From the NCBI GenBank assembly GCA_050014495.1, contig JBEKDF010000014.1, positions 30,218-94,217 of the forward strand: a stretch of 64,000 nucleotides of DNA, in the 5' to 3' direction. Of this stretch, positions 30,270 to 40,922 are shown piece after piece (positions within the stretch are counted from its first letter, which is position 1; every line of letters begins with the position of its first letter). The notes under the pieces were generated by a model. It did not search any database. It was not told the DNA's origin and worked only from the letters and a program-made list of their open reading frames with translations. This stretch comes from Candidatus Bathyarchaeia archaeon (GTDB lineage Archaea; Thermoproteota; Bathyarchaeia; TCS64). Both the position numbers and the translations under genes were made by a program.

Positions 30270-31037
30270 ATGAAGCTATTCGATTTAAAGGGAAAAGTAG
30301 CCATTATAACGGGGGGAAACGGCGGGATTGGTCTAGGCATAGCACGAGGACTATCAAGCGTAGGCTGTGATATAGTCATAGCTGCTCGGAATTCATCCAA
30401 GACAGCGGAGTCGGCGGAAGCAATCAGGGATGATTACGGTGTCAGGGTTCTAGAAGTTGAGTTGGATGTACGTGAACAGGATAATGTCGAATCAATGATG
30501 AAGAGGACACTGGACGCTTACAATAGGATTGATGTGCTGGTTAACAACGCTGGAATAAATATTCGGAAAATGCCCCAGGACCTATCCTCAGCAGAGTACG
30601 ATGAGATACTTGACATTAATCTCAGAGGCGCTTTCCTATGCGCTAAAGCCGTTTACCCTTCGATGAAGGCTGGGGGAGGAGGTAAGATAATTAACATCGG
30701 GTCTATGACTTCACTCTTCGGTGGACCGAAACTTATGGCATATGGGGCCAGCAAAGGGGGAATAGTATCGATGACGAAGGCTTTAGCCTCTGCATGGGCT
30801 GTTGATAACATCCAAGTCAATGCTATATTGCCCGGGTGGATAGATACGAATCTAACAAGGAGAGCTCGCGTAGAGATTCAGGGCTTGAATACACAGGTAT
30901 TGACCCGAACGCCAATTGCTAGGTGGGGTAAACCAGAAGACTTACAGGGAGCCGCTATTTTTCTTGCAGCTGCTGCATCTGACTTTGTCACGGGTGTTGC
31001 CCTACCAGTTGATGGGGGTTATTCAGCGAATATCTGA
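30270..31037 (+). CDS. Short-chain dehydrogenase (KduD/gluconate 5-dehydrogenase-like)
   Basis: TGGNGGIG, NNAG, YGASK and VDGG motifs. Confidence 0.9.
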   Translation: MKLFDLKGKVAIITGGNGGIGLGIARGLSSVGCDIVIAARNSSKTAESAEAIRDDYGVRVLEVELDVREQDNVESMMKRTLDAYNRIDVLVNNAGINIRKMPQDLSSAEYDEILDINLRGAFLCAKAVYPSMKAGGGGKIINIGSMTSLFGGPKLMAYGASKGGIVSMTKALASAWAVDNIQVNAILPGWIDTNLTRRARVEIQGLNTQVLTRTPIARWGKPEDLQGAAIFLAAAASDFVTGVALPVDGGYSANI

Positions 31038-31219
31038 TAATTCTACTAATTATCGAGTGTGCAAATGTCGCGCACGCAATAAAGATCCTCTGTAAATCCA
31101 GTCATCTGTCACTTAAGATTTAAGTTACTGGAACTTACCAAATGACGCGTGCGCGAAACCCTAAGCTTATCAAAGTATATGCCGAAGAACACATGAAAAG
31201 TAGATTCATATCTTAAAGC

Positions 31220-31263
31220 AATAAAAAAAATTTAAAAAAAATAACGTAGCGGATTTTTCCGCT
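31220..31263 (-). terminator. Hairpin plus T-tract terminator of the small zinc-ribbon gene
   Basis: AGCGGA-AAAA-TCCGCT stem-loop followed on the minus strand by TTTTTTT-AAA-TTTTTTTT. Confidence 0.55.
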
Positions 31264-31283
31264 TCTCGGTCACTTGACTCGGT

Positions 31284-31454
31284 CTAGAACCTTCTCGGTG
31301 GCCTGTGTTTAGCGAAGCATTCTTGGCAGTAGACTGGCCGACCCTCTGTTGGCTTGAAGGGGACTTCCGTCTCCTTTCCGCAGTCAGAGCAAATGACTTT
31401 CGTCATCTCGCGCGGTCCACTGTTATAGTTACTTCGACTATCTCTATATCCCAT
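31284..31454 (-). CDS. CxxC-x17-CxxC zinc-ribbon small protein (56 aa, absent from ORF track)
   Basis: MGYRDSRSNYNSGPREMTKVICSDCGKETEVPFKPTEGRPVYCQECFAKHRPPRRF; AGGAG ribosome site upstream. Confidence 0.92.
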   Translation of the reverse strand: MGYRDSRSNYNSGPREMTKVICSDCGKETEVPFKPTEGRPVYCQECFAKHRPPRRF

Positions 31455-31631
31455 TTTTTGTTTCTCCTTTTGTACACGGCAACCGTAAGGTTTCCAATAT
31501 ACGCCTTGTCATGACAGCCCCCGACTTTTAAACATATGCTTACTTTAAATTTAAAATGACATTAAGCACGCGTGACAATTTCACCAGAAGTTCGGGTAAA
31601 CCTTATGAAATGTGACATTAACTTAGAGATT

Positions 31632-32552
31632 ATGTCAAGGATTGCAACAAAACAAGCTATAAAGAGCTTCTCGAAAAAGATTAGTTATCTTCTCTACATC
31701 CCCGAGGGATATGACGTTAAAAGTAAGCGGATGTGGCCTCTCATAGTCTTCCTGCATGGCGCGGGGGAAAGGGGAGACGATCTAGAGCTTGTCAAGATAC
31801 ATGGCCCACCAAAGCTCATCGAGGCGGGGAGGAAAATGCCATTCGTTGTCGTTTCGCCCCAGCTCCCCATTGGGGAGTGGTGGTCCCCGGATATGGTAGC
31901 ATGGCTCGTCAATTACATTCTGGGGGATTTGAAGGTGGACCCGTATCGCGTCTACCTCACTGGACTTAGCATGGGTGGCTATGGTACGTGGGAGACGGCA
32001 TCAAAGTACCCTGAGCTCTTCGCCGCGATAGCACCAATCTGTGGCCGTGGTGATCCAACATCTGCCTGGAAGCTCCGACATATACCCACCTGGATATTTC
32101 ATGGTGCCAAGGACACGGTCGTACCCATCAAACACTCGTACGACATGAACAAGGCTCTCAAACAGTATGGTAATGTCAAATACACGGTCTACCCCGAGGC
32201 GGACCACGACAGCTGGACCGAAACTTACCTTAATGAGGAGCTCTATAGTTGGTTCCTCAGTCATAAAAGGTTCAGATACCCAGAATTTTACGAACCAGAG
32301 AACCCTGAAAAATATGTTGGGAGATACAGCTCGAAGGAGAACTCGGCTGAATTTTCTCTCAAGGATGGGATACTGTATATCGCATTAGAGACGAGCGGTA
32401 ACAAGGAGCTGCCTTTGAAGCCAGTTGGGAACAATTCCTTCACCTTCGGAGACTTTGGTACATATGAGGTTAGGTTCGTGCCAGAAGGCACTAACAACTA
32501 CCCTAAAGTATTCGTCTATGAGAGGTTCGCATACTATCTAAGGGTCAAATAG
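31632..32552 (+). CDS. Alpha/beta hydrolase (esterase/peptidase, Tm-EstA-like) with C-terminal extension
   Basis: FLHGAGERG, GLSMGG nucleophile, FHGAKD and DHDSW motifs. Confidence 0.85.
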   Translation: MSRIATKQAIKSFSKKISYLLYIPEGYDVKSKRMWPLIVFLHGAGERGDDLELVKIHGPPKLIEAGRKMPFVVVSPQLPIGEWWSPDMVAWLVNYILGDLKVDPYRVYLTGLSMGGYGTWETASKYPELFAAIAPICGRGDPTSAWKLRHIPTWIFHGAKDTVVPIKHSYDMNKALKQYGNVKYTVYPEADHDSWTETYLNEELYSWFLSHKRFRYPEFYEPENPEKYVGRYSSKENSAEFSLKDGILYIALETSGNKELPLKPVGNNSFTFGDFGTYEVRFVPEGTNNYPKVFVYERFAYYLRVK

Positions 32553-32554
32553 CC

Positions 32555-32914
32555 TCAATTTTTCTGAACTAACTGAATTAGGAATCCGTGAGGGTCCCTG
32601 ATGGTAGCGAGGCGTCGCCCAGTCGCCTTGTTGTCGAGTGGCCCATCAACCTTGATGCCATTCGCCTTATAGCTATCACACAAATCGTCGAGGTCATCAA
32701 CAACGAATGCGAGGTGATTTACTCCAGGGTTATCGATTACACGGGTCTCCTGTATTTCGAATGAGATGAGGGAACAGGGTACCTTCATCATCGCTGCCTT
32801 TCCACCATGGCTAGTATACTCAACGAACTCGAGTCCAACCATCTCGTAGAATCGAACCGCTTCCTCTAAGTCTTTGACATAGAGGTGGACGTGATCTAGG
32901 CCGAGGTTAACCAT
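32555..32914 (-). CDS. VOC/glyoxalase family protein
   Basis: DHVHLYV, NHLAFVVDD and RDPHG motifs. Confidence 0.88.
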   Translation of the reverse strand: MVNLGLDHVHLYVKDLEEAVRFYEMVGLEFVEYTSHGGKAAMMKVPCSLISFEIQETRVIDNPGVNHLAFVVDDLDDLCDSYKANGIKVDGPLDNKATGRRLATIRDPHGFLIQLVQKN

Positions 32915-32949
32915 AGGTAATCTAATACTATCTCCGTATTTAACGGGCT

Positions 32950-34116
32950 TCAAGTATAGAGTTGGATGATTGAACTGTCGGTTAGTCTCCTATCGAGGCC
33001 AACCTTCTCATTAGGGAACTTTGCGGCCGTACCCCAGATTCTGGCATACTTAAAGTTCTGGTAGAAATCGTTGTGAATCATCCTTGCGAGCTCACCAACG
33101 GTGACTGGACCCCGAAAGACCATTGGAACCTTTGCCGGTTCATCCCCTGGTTCCTTCGTGTAGACGCGTGTTATGTCAAGGAGCCTGAAGAGTCTCTCCC
33201 CGAGTGCAGTAGCAAGGTTAGATGCGTGTTCAGTGGATGCGATTATTACATCTAGGGGTTCCGCTGCCAACTGGAGTTGTTCGATTGTTCTTCTGTCGGG
33301 TCTTAGGTCGGCTTTGTTCGCTAGGATCAGGGAGGGGCGGTACACGGTGTTACCGAAGATGGCTTCCTCCACGGTTTCTAGGGTCACCCTACCCTTAATC
33401 CTGACGAGGGCGGAACGTATCTTGTAGCCATTGAGAAGTTCGATGACGTCCTCTGTTGAACAGTCGACCAACTCCCCCTCCCAGATGAACTGTATCTGGG
33501 TCCCCGCTCTCTTCTCAATCTCGACCTCTCCCATTGGTCTCGTTATGAGGATGCGGCTATTCGCCAGCTCCTCTGCAATCATAAGGTAGTTACCTGCGGG
33601 GTCGTCACGGACATCGACTACTATTATTATGGCGTCGGCATTTCGAGTCATGCTTAGCTTCATGAAACCGTCTGACCTGCCCTCGCTGCTACCCTCGACA
33701 ATGGCCGGCACTTCGACTAGCTGGAACTGGATGTCTTTGTAGGGGAGCATCCCCGGAACGGGTGTTTTCGTACCGTATGGATAGGGTGTGACCTCAACCT
33801 GTGCGTTTGTTACCGCTCGGAGGAGGCTACTGCGGCCCACATTAGTTGGTCCTATGACCGCTACCTGCGCAGCGCCTGCCTTTGGGACGAAGTAGGTCGC
33901 TGCACTACCAGGTTTCTGAGTTCGCTTCTTTCGCTCTATATCCTCTCGGAGTGCTGCCATCTGCTTCTTTACTTGACTGCACATCCTCTCCGTCCCTTTG
34001 TGCTTGGGTACGATGCTGAGGAACTCTCTCATGAGGCAAAGTCTCTCATCAGGATTGCGAGTAAGGGTGACCTCGTTCCACTTCTCCTTGGCCCGTGGTG
34101 GGAGATTTGTAACCAA
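32950..34116 (-). CDS. DRG/OBG-like GTP-binding protein with TGS domain
   Basis: PKHKGTE, GPTNVGRS, NKAD, RVYTKEPG and YARIWG motifs. Confidence 0.88.
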   Translation of the reverse strand: MVTNLPPRAKEKWNEVTLTRNPDERLCLMREFLSIVPKHKGTERMCSQVKKQMAALREDIERKKRTQKPGSAATYFVPKAGAAQVAVIGPTNVGRSSLLRAVTNAQVEVTPYPYGTKTPVPGMLPYKDIQFQLVEVPAIVEGSSEGRSDGFMKLSMTRNADAIIIVVDVRDDPAGNYLMIAEELANSRILITRPMGEVEIEKRAGTQIQFIWEGELVDCSTEDVIELLNGYKIRSALVRIKGRVTLETVEEAIFGNTVYRPSLILANKADLRPDRRTIEQLQLAAEPLDVIIASTEHASNLATALGERLFRLLDITRVYTKEPGDEPAKVPMVFRGPVTVGELARMIHNDFYQNFKYARIWGTAAKFPNEKVGLDRRLTDSSIIQLYT

Positions 34117-34361
34117 GTCTGGTCACCTACCTAAACATTGAGGAGAGAGTCTATTAAAAACCCACATTACCAAGAAATTTAGGAATAAGAACAAATGAGA
34201 TATTTTATGCGCGTGTAGATATGAACTCAGTTTTCGTATAAAGAAAGCCTACCTTGCTAAAGCCACATCCTACACGCATCGAGCATATCGCATGAGTCGC
34301 GCTTGATAGGACATACTTATAACGCAACTTGCTAAGTGTAAGTTAGAATTGGTGATATTAT

Positions 34362-34982
34362 ATGCCATCCATGTCTCAGGCGAAGACTCTTGGTGAGGTA
34401 GGTTCGATTCTGGTCGTTCTCACGGCTATACCTAGCATAGGGGGTTTGCTTGGAATAGCCGGATTCATATTGATTCTACTTGCGATAAAAGACATTTCTG
34501 AGGTTGTAGCAGACAAATCGATCTATCATAACATGCTAGTGTCGATCGTCTTCGCGATTGCGGGCGTAATCATTGGGACGCTGGTCGTAGTTGGTAGTGT
34601 GTTTAGATTCATAGGACTTGCAAGCTTGACGGGACCAAATTACTTTGGGTCGAGCTTCAATCCCTCAACTATTCCTACAGGTGATTGGATCGGTTTCATT
34701 ATGTCGATTATTGTAGGACTCACGGTGATATGGGTCATGATGATTGTCTCAGCGTTCTTCGTAAGAAAAAGCTACAACGCTATTGCCTCGAAGCTGAATA
34801 TAGGCATGTTTGGAACTGCAGGCTTAGTGTATTTGATAGGAGCAGCCACGACGATCATTCTAGTTGGGTTCGTCATCCTATTCATAGCGCAAATCCTTTT
34901 GATTGTCGCGTTCTTCTCGATTGATGATAGAACTCCTGTAATATCTACTCAACCCATTCAGCCAACCACGGTCAATCCATAA
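34362..34982 (+). CDS. DUF996 family membrane protein
   Basis: AKTLG..GSIL N-terminus, FGTAGLVYLIGA...IVAFFSI and multiple TM helices. Confidence 0.8.
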   Translation: MPSMSQAKTLGEVGSILVVLTAIPSIGGLLGIAGFILILLAIKDISEVVADKSIYHNMLVSIVFAIAGVIIGTLVVVGSVFRFIGLASLTGPNYFGSSFNPSTIPTGDWIGFIMSIIVGLTVIWVMMIVSAFFVRKSYNAIASKLNIGMFGTAGLVYLIGAATTIILVGFVILFIAQILLIVAFFSIDDRTPVISTQPIQPTTVNP

Positions 34983-35175
34983 TAAATTAGGTAGGCATTA
35001 TTTGTTAAACCTTGGAATAATCCCGTGTGTGTATGGAGTAATAACAAAAAGCTGAACTTCTTACTTCAAGTCCAGATCTTCCCCCGCTGACGCGCTTTTA
35101 CTAAAAAGACGTCGTTTACCCGGGTAAGAATTGATCAATTATTTAAATAAATTAGTTGTCATTGATGTGTTTGCA

Positions 35176-35925
35176 ATGAAGAACCTATTGTATAAGTTGA
35201 CTCGACCCGAGATCGAGGAGTACCTCAGAAACAGTGATGTTGTACTCTTCCCCGTTGGCTCAACGGAGCAACATGGAAAACATATGGCAATCGACAACGA
35301 TGCCTTTACAGCCCTCGAGATATCAAAGAGAGTAGCGGAGAAGACCGGTGTATTAGTGGCCCCCGTGATGCCTTTTGGCTATTCAATCCACCACATGAAG
35401 TTCGCTGGGTCTATTACTTTAAAATTCGAGACGCTGGTCGCCGTCTACAAAGAGGTCTGTGAGAGTCTCATACATCATGGCTTCAAGAAGATAGTCATCA
35501 TGAATGGACACGGCGGAAACATCAACGCCGTGAACCAGGCCCTTCGAGAGGTTAGAAGCGAACAGGGAGTGATCGTTTACAACGTCATGGTGTTTCCGAT
35601 GGAGGATGGGTTTGGTTCCGATTCGTTGAAGGTTTGTAAGCAGGAGTCTGGTGGACATGCTTGCGAGATGGAGACTAGCGTGGGGTTGGCTCTGGGTCAG
35701 AGGATCATAATAGGCAACGCTGAGAAGTGGACGCCCCCGAAGCTTATGACTGAGTTCGATAAAAAATATAGTACTAAAGTTGCTACTGCGAGGGACTTTC
35801 ATGAGATTACTGAGATCGGCTCGCTTGGAGATCCAACTATAGCATCTATTGAAAAAGGGGAGGAAATGGTCAACGCCGTTGTGAGAGAAATCTCTGAGTT
35901 TGTCGAGGATCTCAAAAAGATCTAA
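35176..35925 (+). CDS. Creatininase/MftE family amidohydrolase
   Basis: PVGSTEQHG.H, NGHGGN and HACEMETS motifs. Confidence 0.9.
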   Translation: MKNLLYKLTRPEIEEYLRNSDVVLFPVGSTEQHGKHMAIDNDAFTALEISKRVAEKTGVLVAPVMPFGYSIHHMKFAGSITLKFETLVAVYKEVCESLIHHGFKKIVIMNGHGGNINAVNQALREVRSEQGVIVYNVMVFPMEDGFGSDSLKVCKQESGGHACEMETSVGLALGQRIIIGNAEKWTPPKLMTEFDKKYSTKVATARDFHEITEIGSLGDPTIASIEKGEEMVNAVVREISEFVEDLKKI

Positions 35926-36132
35926 AAGTTATGTGAGCCCAAGTTTTCCTTTGGTTTGATCTGCCTACTTATATTTTCAAGAAATGGGGTCTAATCTCCA
36001 AACACTTGCATAAAAACTTACATCCAAACCTATTCGCGCAAAATCTCGTTCGAAACGGAAAAAAGTATTAATGAGTAACCCTTATTAAAACGACGATTCT
36101 TTTTTTGATTCCATTCGAAAGCGGGCCACGAG

Positions 36133-37398
36133 TTGGATGAAAAACCTAGGAGCATCTGGAGGACCAATTTAGGCATTCTGATGCTCACATCCGGTGTATG
36201 GAACATCGGAACCTACATGACTCTTCCATTCTGGGGACTCTATGTTCTTTACCTCGGCGGTACGCCCATCGACATTGCCCTAATCTACTCTGTAAGTTCG
36301 GTTGTCAGTCTATTTCCTTACTTACTTGGTGGTTACCTCTCCGACGTATTCAGTAGGAAGAAGATAGTTTACAGCCTCCAGTTTATGATCGCCCTTAATG
36401 GAGCTATCTACATCTTCGCGCCAAACTGGCAGTGGCTACTCATAGCCAAATCCGTTGAGGCGATCCTAACCGGTCTCCGTAACCCAGCGTTCAGCGCCCT
36501 CCTCGCAGACTCCACGACTGTCGAGAACCGGGCAAAGAGCTATGCGCTATGGAACGCTGTCCCCATCAGCTTCGGATTATTATCTCCTTACCTGATCGGG
36601 CTGCTAATGGATAGGTATGGTATCGTCTTAGCACAGAGATGGGCATACGTCGTTTTGATAATAGTCATCACCGCGAGTGGAATCATCCGTAATAGGTATG
36701 TGGAGGATACCCTGAGGAGTGATTCGAGAACGAGGTTAAGACTCTCAGACGTGATTGCAGGGACTCTAAGAAATATGAGGGAAACAATGAAGGAGATGTC
36801 TCGCCAGCTTTGGGTCTTATTAATATTGGGTGGGGTCTACCAGTTCGCAGTCTCGCTTGTAAGCGTCTTCATGGTCACATACGCGGTTGAGGATGTGATC
36901 CACATTACTACGGGGCAATGGGGACTCATCAGCACCGTTTCGACGGTTCTTATAATTTTGTCTAGTGTCGCTCTGGCTCTATTAGCAGGACGATTCAGCA
37001 GACGCACAATGATCCTAGTCTCCCTATCCTTCACTCCTCTCGCTGTTCTTGGCTTCACCTTCAGCATCGGCATCTCACAGGTCTTGCTTTTTTACTGTAT
37101 CCTTACCATTCTAGGCAATGTTGGTAGTGTGGCTAGTCAGGCACTTTTCATCGATTATATGCCTAGGGAACACCGCGGAAGAATCAGCGCTCTGATGGCC
37201 GTGATTGGATCAACATCAACCTTTACCTTTCTACTGAGTACAGGTGGCGTGTTAGGCTCGATAGGGAATATGGTTGGAGGTATTCTCTACGGTCAATTAT
37301 CCTACTCATCGCCTTTCCTGCTAATGGCTGCAGTGATGGGATTCGCCGCCATTGTAACATACATTTATGTTAAAGAACCAACCAGCCCTGAACACTAG
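36133..37398 (+). CDS. MFS transporter
   Basis: About 12 TM helices; GYLSDVFSRK motif A. Confidence 0.87.
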   Translation: MDEKPRSIWRTNLGILMLTSGVWNIGTYMTLPFWGLYVLYLGGTPIDIALIYSVSSVVSLFPYLLGGYLSDVFSRKKIVYSLQFMIALNGAIYIFAPNWQWLLIAKSVEAILTGLRNPAFSALLADSTTVENRAKSYALWNAVPISFGLLSPYLIGLLMDRYGIVLAQRWAYVVLIIVITASGIIRNRYVEDTLRSDSRTRLRLSDVIAGTLRNMRETMKEMSRQLWVLLILGGVYQFAVSLVSVFMVTYAVEDVIHITTGQWGLISTVSTVLIILSSVALALLAGRFSRRTMILVSLSFTPLAVLGFTFSIGISQVLLFYCILTILGNVGSVASQALFIDYMPREHRGRISALMAVIGSTSTFTFLLSTGGVLGSIGNMVGGILYGQLSYSSPFLLMAAVMGFAAIVTYIYVKEPTSPEH

Positions 37399-37593
37399 CG
37401 CGTATAGAAAGATACCATAAAACACACAATCAACCACGCACGCAACAGGAAGAGGATTCATTCACTTAAACGTGCGCGTATGTAGATAGAATCAAGATTT
37501 ACAAATAGAACATTTATTCGCGTGTGTAATGCAAGCATGGGATTTGATATAGATGCAAGCGTATCGGAATCAGTATTCGAGGGGAGAACTTCA

Positions 37594-38598
37594 GTGAAGA
37601 AGCTCATCAACAGACCTGGTGATGAAGTTAGAGAGATGCTGGAGGGAATGGTTCTAGCCTATCCTGAGATCATTAGGAAGATCCCTGATTGGAATACATT
37701 GGTAAGAACAGAAGCTCCGAAAGGGGATAGAGTAGCTTTGGTAAGCGGCGGTGGCAGTGGCCATGAGCCCGCACACGCTGGGTATGTTGGGAAGGGTATG
37801 CTGAATGCCGCTTGTTGCGGTGAAGTCTTCACGTCACCGTCGGTTCCCCAGGTTCTATCAGCGATAAAAGCCGTCAACGGTAGCGCCGGGACCCTTCTGA
37901 TAATCAAGAACTACTCGGGGGATGTAATGAACTTCAGGACTGCAGCGTTGTTGGCGCGGAGCAGCGGCATCAAGATAGACTGGGTTATAGTCAATGACGA
38001 TGTGGCGATTGACAAGCCAGAGCTACGCAGGGGTATCGCGGGGACGGTCTGCGTCCATAAGTGCGCAGGGGCTAAGGCTGAGGAGGGCGCTACACTGGAG
38101 GAAGTGAGGGCCGTCGCTCAGAAGGTCATAGCTAATGTCAGATCCATGGGCTGTGCAATTACTCCATGCATAGTACCCAGGGTGGGAATACCTAGCTTCG
38201 AACTTGGGCCGGATGAGATGGAGTTGGGAACTGGTATCCATGGTGAGCGTGGTGTGAAACAGGTGAAGATGATGACTGTTGATGAGATAGCCGACATTCT
38301 GACGAATGCTTGCGCGAAGGATCTGAGTCTTCAGTCTGGAGATGAAGTCGCCGTCCTCGCTCAAGGGAACGGGGGGACTCCTTACATGGAGAAGCTCATC
38401 TTCTACAGGCGTGTTCACAGGAACTTGACTGAGAAGGGGGTCAAGATCCAAACGTCTTGGATAGGAGAGTTCATGTCCTCCCTTGAGATGGCGGGAGCAT
38501 CAGTTACCCTCCTTAAGTTGGATGAAGAGCTGAAGAGGCTCCTCACAGCGCCATCGGAGACGATCGCGATCAAGCAGCCTGGCCCGGTACTGTTTTAA
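37594..38598 (+). CDS. dhaK: Dihydroxyacetone kinase subunit K
   Basis: KKLIN, SGGGSGHEPAH, KNYSGD.MNF and GIHGE motifs. Confidence 0.92.
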   Translation: MKKLINRPGDEVREMLEGMVLAYPEIIRKIPDWNTLVRTEAPKGDRVALVSGGGSGHEPAHAGYVGKGMLNAACCGEVFTSPSVPQVLSAIKAVNGSAGTLLIIKNYSGDVMNFRTAALLARSSGIKIDWVIVNDDVAIDKPELRRGIAGTVCVHKCAGAKAEEGATLEEVRAVAQKVIANVRSMGCAITPCIVPRVGIPSFELGPDEMELGTGIHGERGVKQVKMMTVDEIADILTNACAKDLSLQSGDEVAVLAQGNGGTPYMEKLIFYRRVHRNLTEKGVKIQTSWIGEFMSSLEMAGASVTLLKLDEELKRLLTAPSETIAIKQPGPVLF

Positions 38599-38607
38599 CC
38601 CTTAACT

Positions 38608-39228
38608 TTCATTCTCGATGCAATAACGAGAACATAGTGACGAGCTATGCCAGAACTTGTGCATGATAGGCTTTCAACCCTTACCGATCCGGATGTGGAG
38701 GTGATTCTCACAACAGTGGGGATGGCATTAATGGAGGGTGTTGGTGGTTCCAGTGGAGCGCTCTATGGGACATTCTTCTATCAGGGTGGTTTGTCTCTCC
38801 ATGGGAAGAAGGGGATAGACAAAAGGAGCCTCGCCCAGTTGTTCTCCTCCGGGTACGCTGCTATGCAGGAGATGAGTGGAGGAACAAAGCCTGGTGAGAA
38901 GACCATGATCGACGCTCTTGATCCTGCGGTGAAATCACTAAATGAATCGGTGAGCGATGATCGGGTCACACTCGGGGATGCCTTGGGGAGAGCTGTCGTC
39001 GCGGCCAGGGTTGGGATGGAGAGCACCATAATGCTCATGGCAATGAAGGGTAGAGCCGCTTATCTGGGAGAAGGGAGCATCGGTCACCAGGATATCGGTG
39101 CGACGACCTCGTATCTTATTCTTCGGACGATGTTAGACACCTATAAGGGGGGAATGGGTGTAATTGTAACGAAGTACGATCCAAATGGATCAATACTCAT
39201 GGAAGAGAATCTTCTGAAAAAGAATTAA
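38608..39228 (+). pseudogene. dhaL: Dihydroxyacetone kinase subunit L, 5'-degraded
   Basis: GGSSGALYG, GEKTMIDAL, KGRAAYLGE and GHQD motifs present; N-terminal LD..GDGDHG motif absent, with an out-of-frame EHSDELCQ remnant at 38630-38653. Confidence 0.7.
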
Positions 39229-39402
39229 TCATTAGCGCGCGCAAGACGACTAGCGGTTTCTCTACTGGATGTTCATACTTCGATTTGTCCATTAGTTGGG
39301 ACCCCGCGGTCTGGTCACCTATCGCTGATATATTCCTCTCGGTTGACTATGGAGACTCTTTAACGGGTTTAATCCTGATGGCGTTTGCAGCTTGCGATTA
39401 GA

Positions 39403-40632
39403 TCACGTTTTCCCGTGTATCCTACCATATGTTTCCTTGGTGAAGATAACGATCACAACAACTGTCAAGAAACTCAAGCCCAAGCTGATGATGTTAGGGG
39501 TGAAATAGCTCCCCGTAACGTCAACTAGGCTACCGTAGATAGGGGCGAGGAGACTACCCAGAATGATGCTCACCCCGTTCATCAATCCCAATCCGATCCC
39601 AGTCTTCCCCGCCGGGAGTACTTCACCCCCCATGCTGAAGAAGAGGACCCAGATGCTCCCACATATACACATCCCACCCCATACCCCGGCGTAGACGAGG
39701 AAGTTGAGGCCCGAAGGGATGAAGATCATGAGGCTGAAGAGAAGGCAGTTGGCGGCTGTAAAGAGGATGACGGGTACTCTCCTGCTTCTCAGTCTATCGC
39801 TGATTACGCCGACGGAGATGCAGCCGATGAAGCCTGCGACAGTCCCAAGGCTGCTGACCACTCCCGCCTCCACATAGGTGAGACCCTTCGCACTGATGAG
39901 GAAGGGATTAATCCAATTACCAAGTATGCCGTTGAAACCCAGCAATGCGTAGACTATGATGATCGTTAAGAATCGCCTATCGACGAGGGTCTCCCTGAAG
40001 GTCTCAAGTATGTTGAGACTCGGTTTCTGGGACAGAGTGATCTCCGGTGGACCATCCTTGAGGTAGACATAGTTCAGCCCCCAGCTTAGGAATAGAACCA
40101 ATAGTATCGCTAGGTAGAGGATTCTCCAATTCCCTAGGAACGTCTCAGCGAGGGGGAAACCCATGTAGCATGTGAATGCGCCAACTCCGCTCGCTGCGCT
40201 GAGAATGCCTATGGCCGTCGCCTTCCGTTCCGGGGGGAACCAGCGGCTGACGATGGTGACGGCGTTGATGTAGAAGACGCTCGTCCCAATCCCCATGACG
40301 AACTGGGCCGAGAAGATCAACTCGTACCGGTTGCTGAGCCAGAAGAGGAGGCTTCCTATGCAGGTAAGCGCGGTGAACCATAGGATAGCCTTACGTGGGC
40401 CTATGATGTCTGTGAGTGCCCCTGAGGGGAACTGCATGATGCCGTAGATGAGGTAGAAGGCTGTGATGAGGAGGCCCATCTCCCCGAGGCTTATTCCCAT
40501 CTCCTTGATGAGTAGTGGTGAGAGTGCAGAGGCAGAGTTTCTGAGGAAATTCTCTACGAAGTAGGAAACGCAGAGTGTAGCTAGGATTAGCATTACTTGT
40601 CTTGACTTCTCCAAAGGATCACTTAGGCTCAT
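39403..40632 (-). CDS. MFS transporter
   Basis: About 12 TM helices; GALTDIIGPRK and SRWFPPERKA motifs. Confidence 0.88.
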   Translation of the reverse strand: MSLSDPLEKSRQVMLILATLCVSYFVENFLRNSASALSPLLIKEMGISLGEMGLLITAFYLIYGIMQFPSGALTDIIGPRKAILWFTALTCIGSLLFWLSNRYELIFSAQFVMGIGTSVFYINAVTIVSRWFPPERKATAIGILSAASGVGAFTCYMGFPLAETFLGNWRILYLAILLVLFLSWGLNYVYLKDGPPEITLSQKPSLNILETFRETLVDRRFLTIIIVYALLGFNGILGNWINPFLISAKGLTYVEAGVVSSLGTVAGFIGCISVGVISDRLRSRRVPVILFTAANCLLFSLMIFIPSGLNFLVYAGVWGGMCICGSIWVLFFSMGGEVLPAGKTGIGLGLMNGVSIILGSLLAPIYGSLVDVTGSYFTPNIISLGLSFLTVVVIVIFTKETYGRIHGKT

Positions 40633-40809
40633 ATGTCGCGTTGGTTTGTCTTTTAAAACTAATGTATTTACACACTAGAAGTCAAATTTTTTTGTTTACT
40701 CGACTTCTCTGACTCGCTACTCACAAGATAGTGGATGAGGCTTCTACATCGGTTTTGGCTTAAGAATTCCCTCAATATGCATAGTTCTCAAATCATTGCA
40801 TGGAGGGAG

Positions 40810-40885
40810 TGGTGGGCCGAGCAGGGTTCGAACCTGCGACTCCCGCCATGTCAAGGCGATGTCATAACCACTAGACCATCGGCCC
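40810..40885 (-). tRNA. tRNA-Val(GAC), CCA encoded
   Basis: Reverse complement GGGCCGA...TCGCC-TTGACAT-GGCGG...GCAGG-TTCGAAC-CCTGC TCGGCCC ACCA. Confidence 0.95.
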
Positions 40886-40922
40886 GACCAACTCACCATA
40901 CCTTAGACGGATCGTATAAAGG

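Noticed and set aside
31305..31514. 69-aa plus-strand ORF
   Set aside because: It is the antisense shadow of the minus-strand CxxC-x17-CxxC gene, which has the ribosome site, promoter and terminator.
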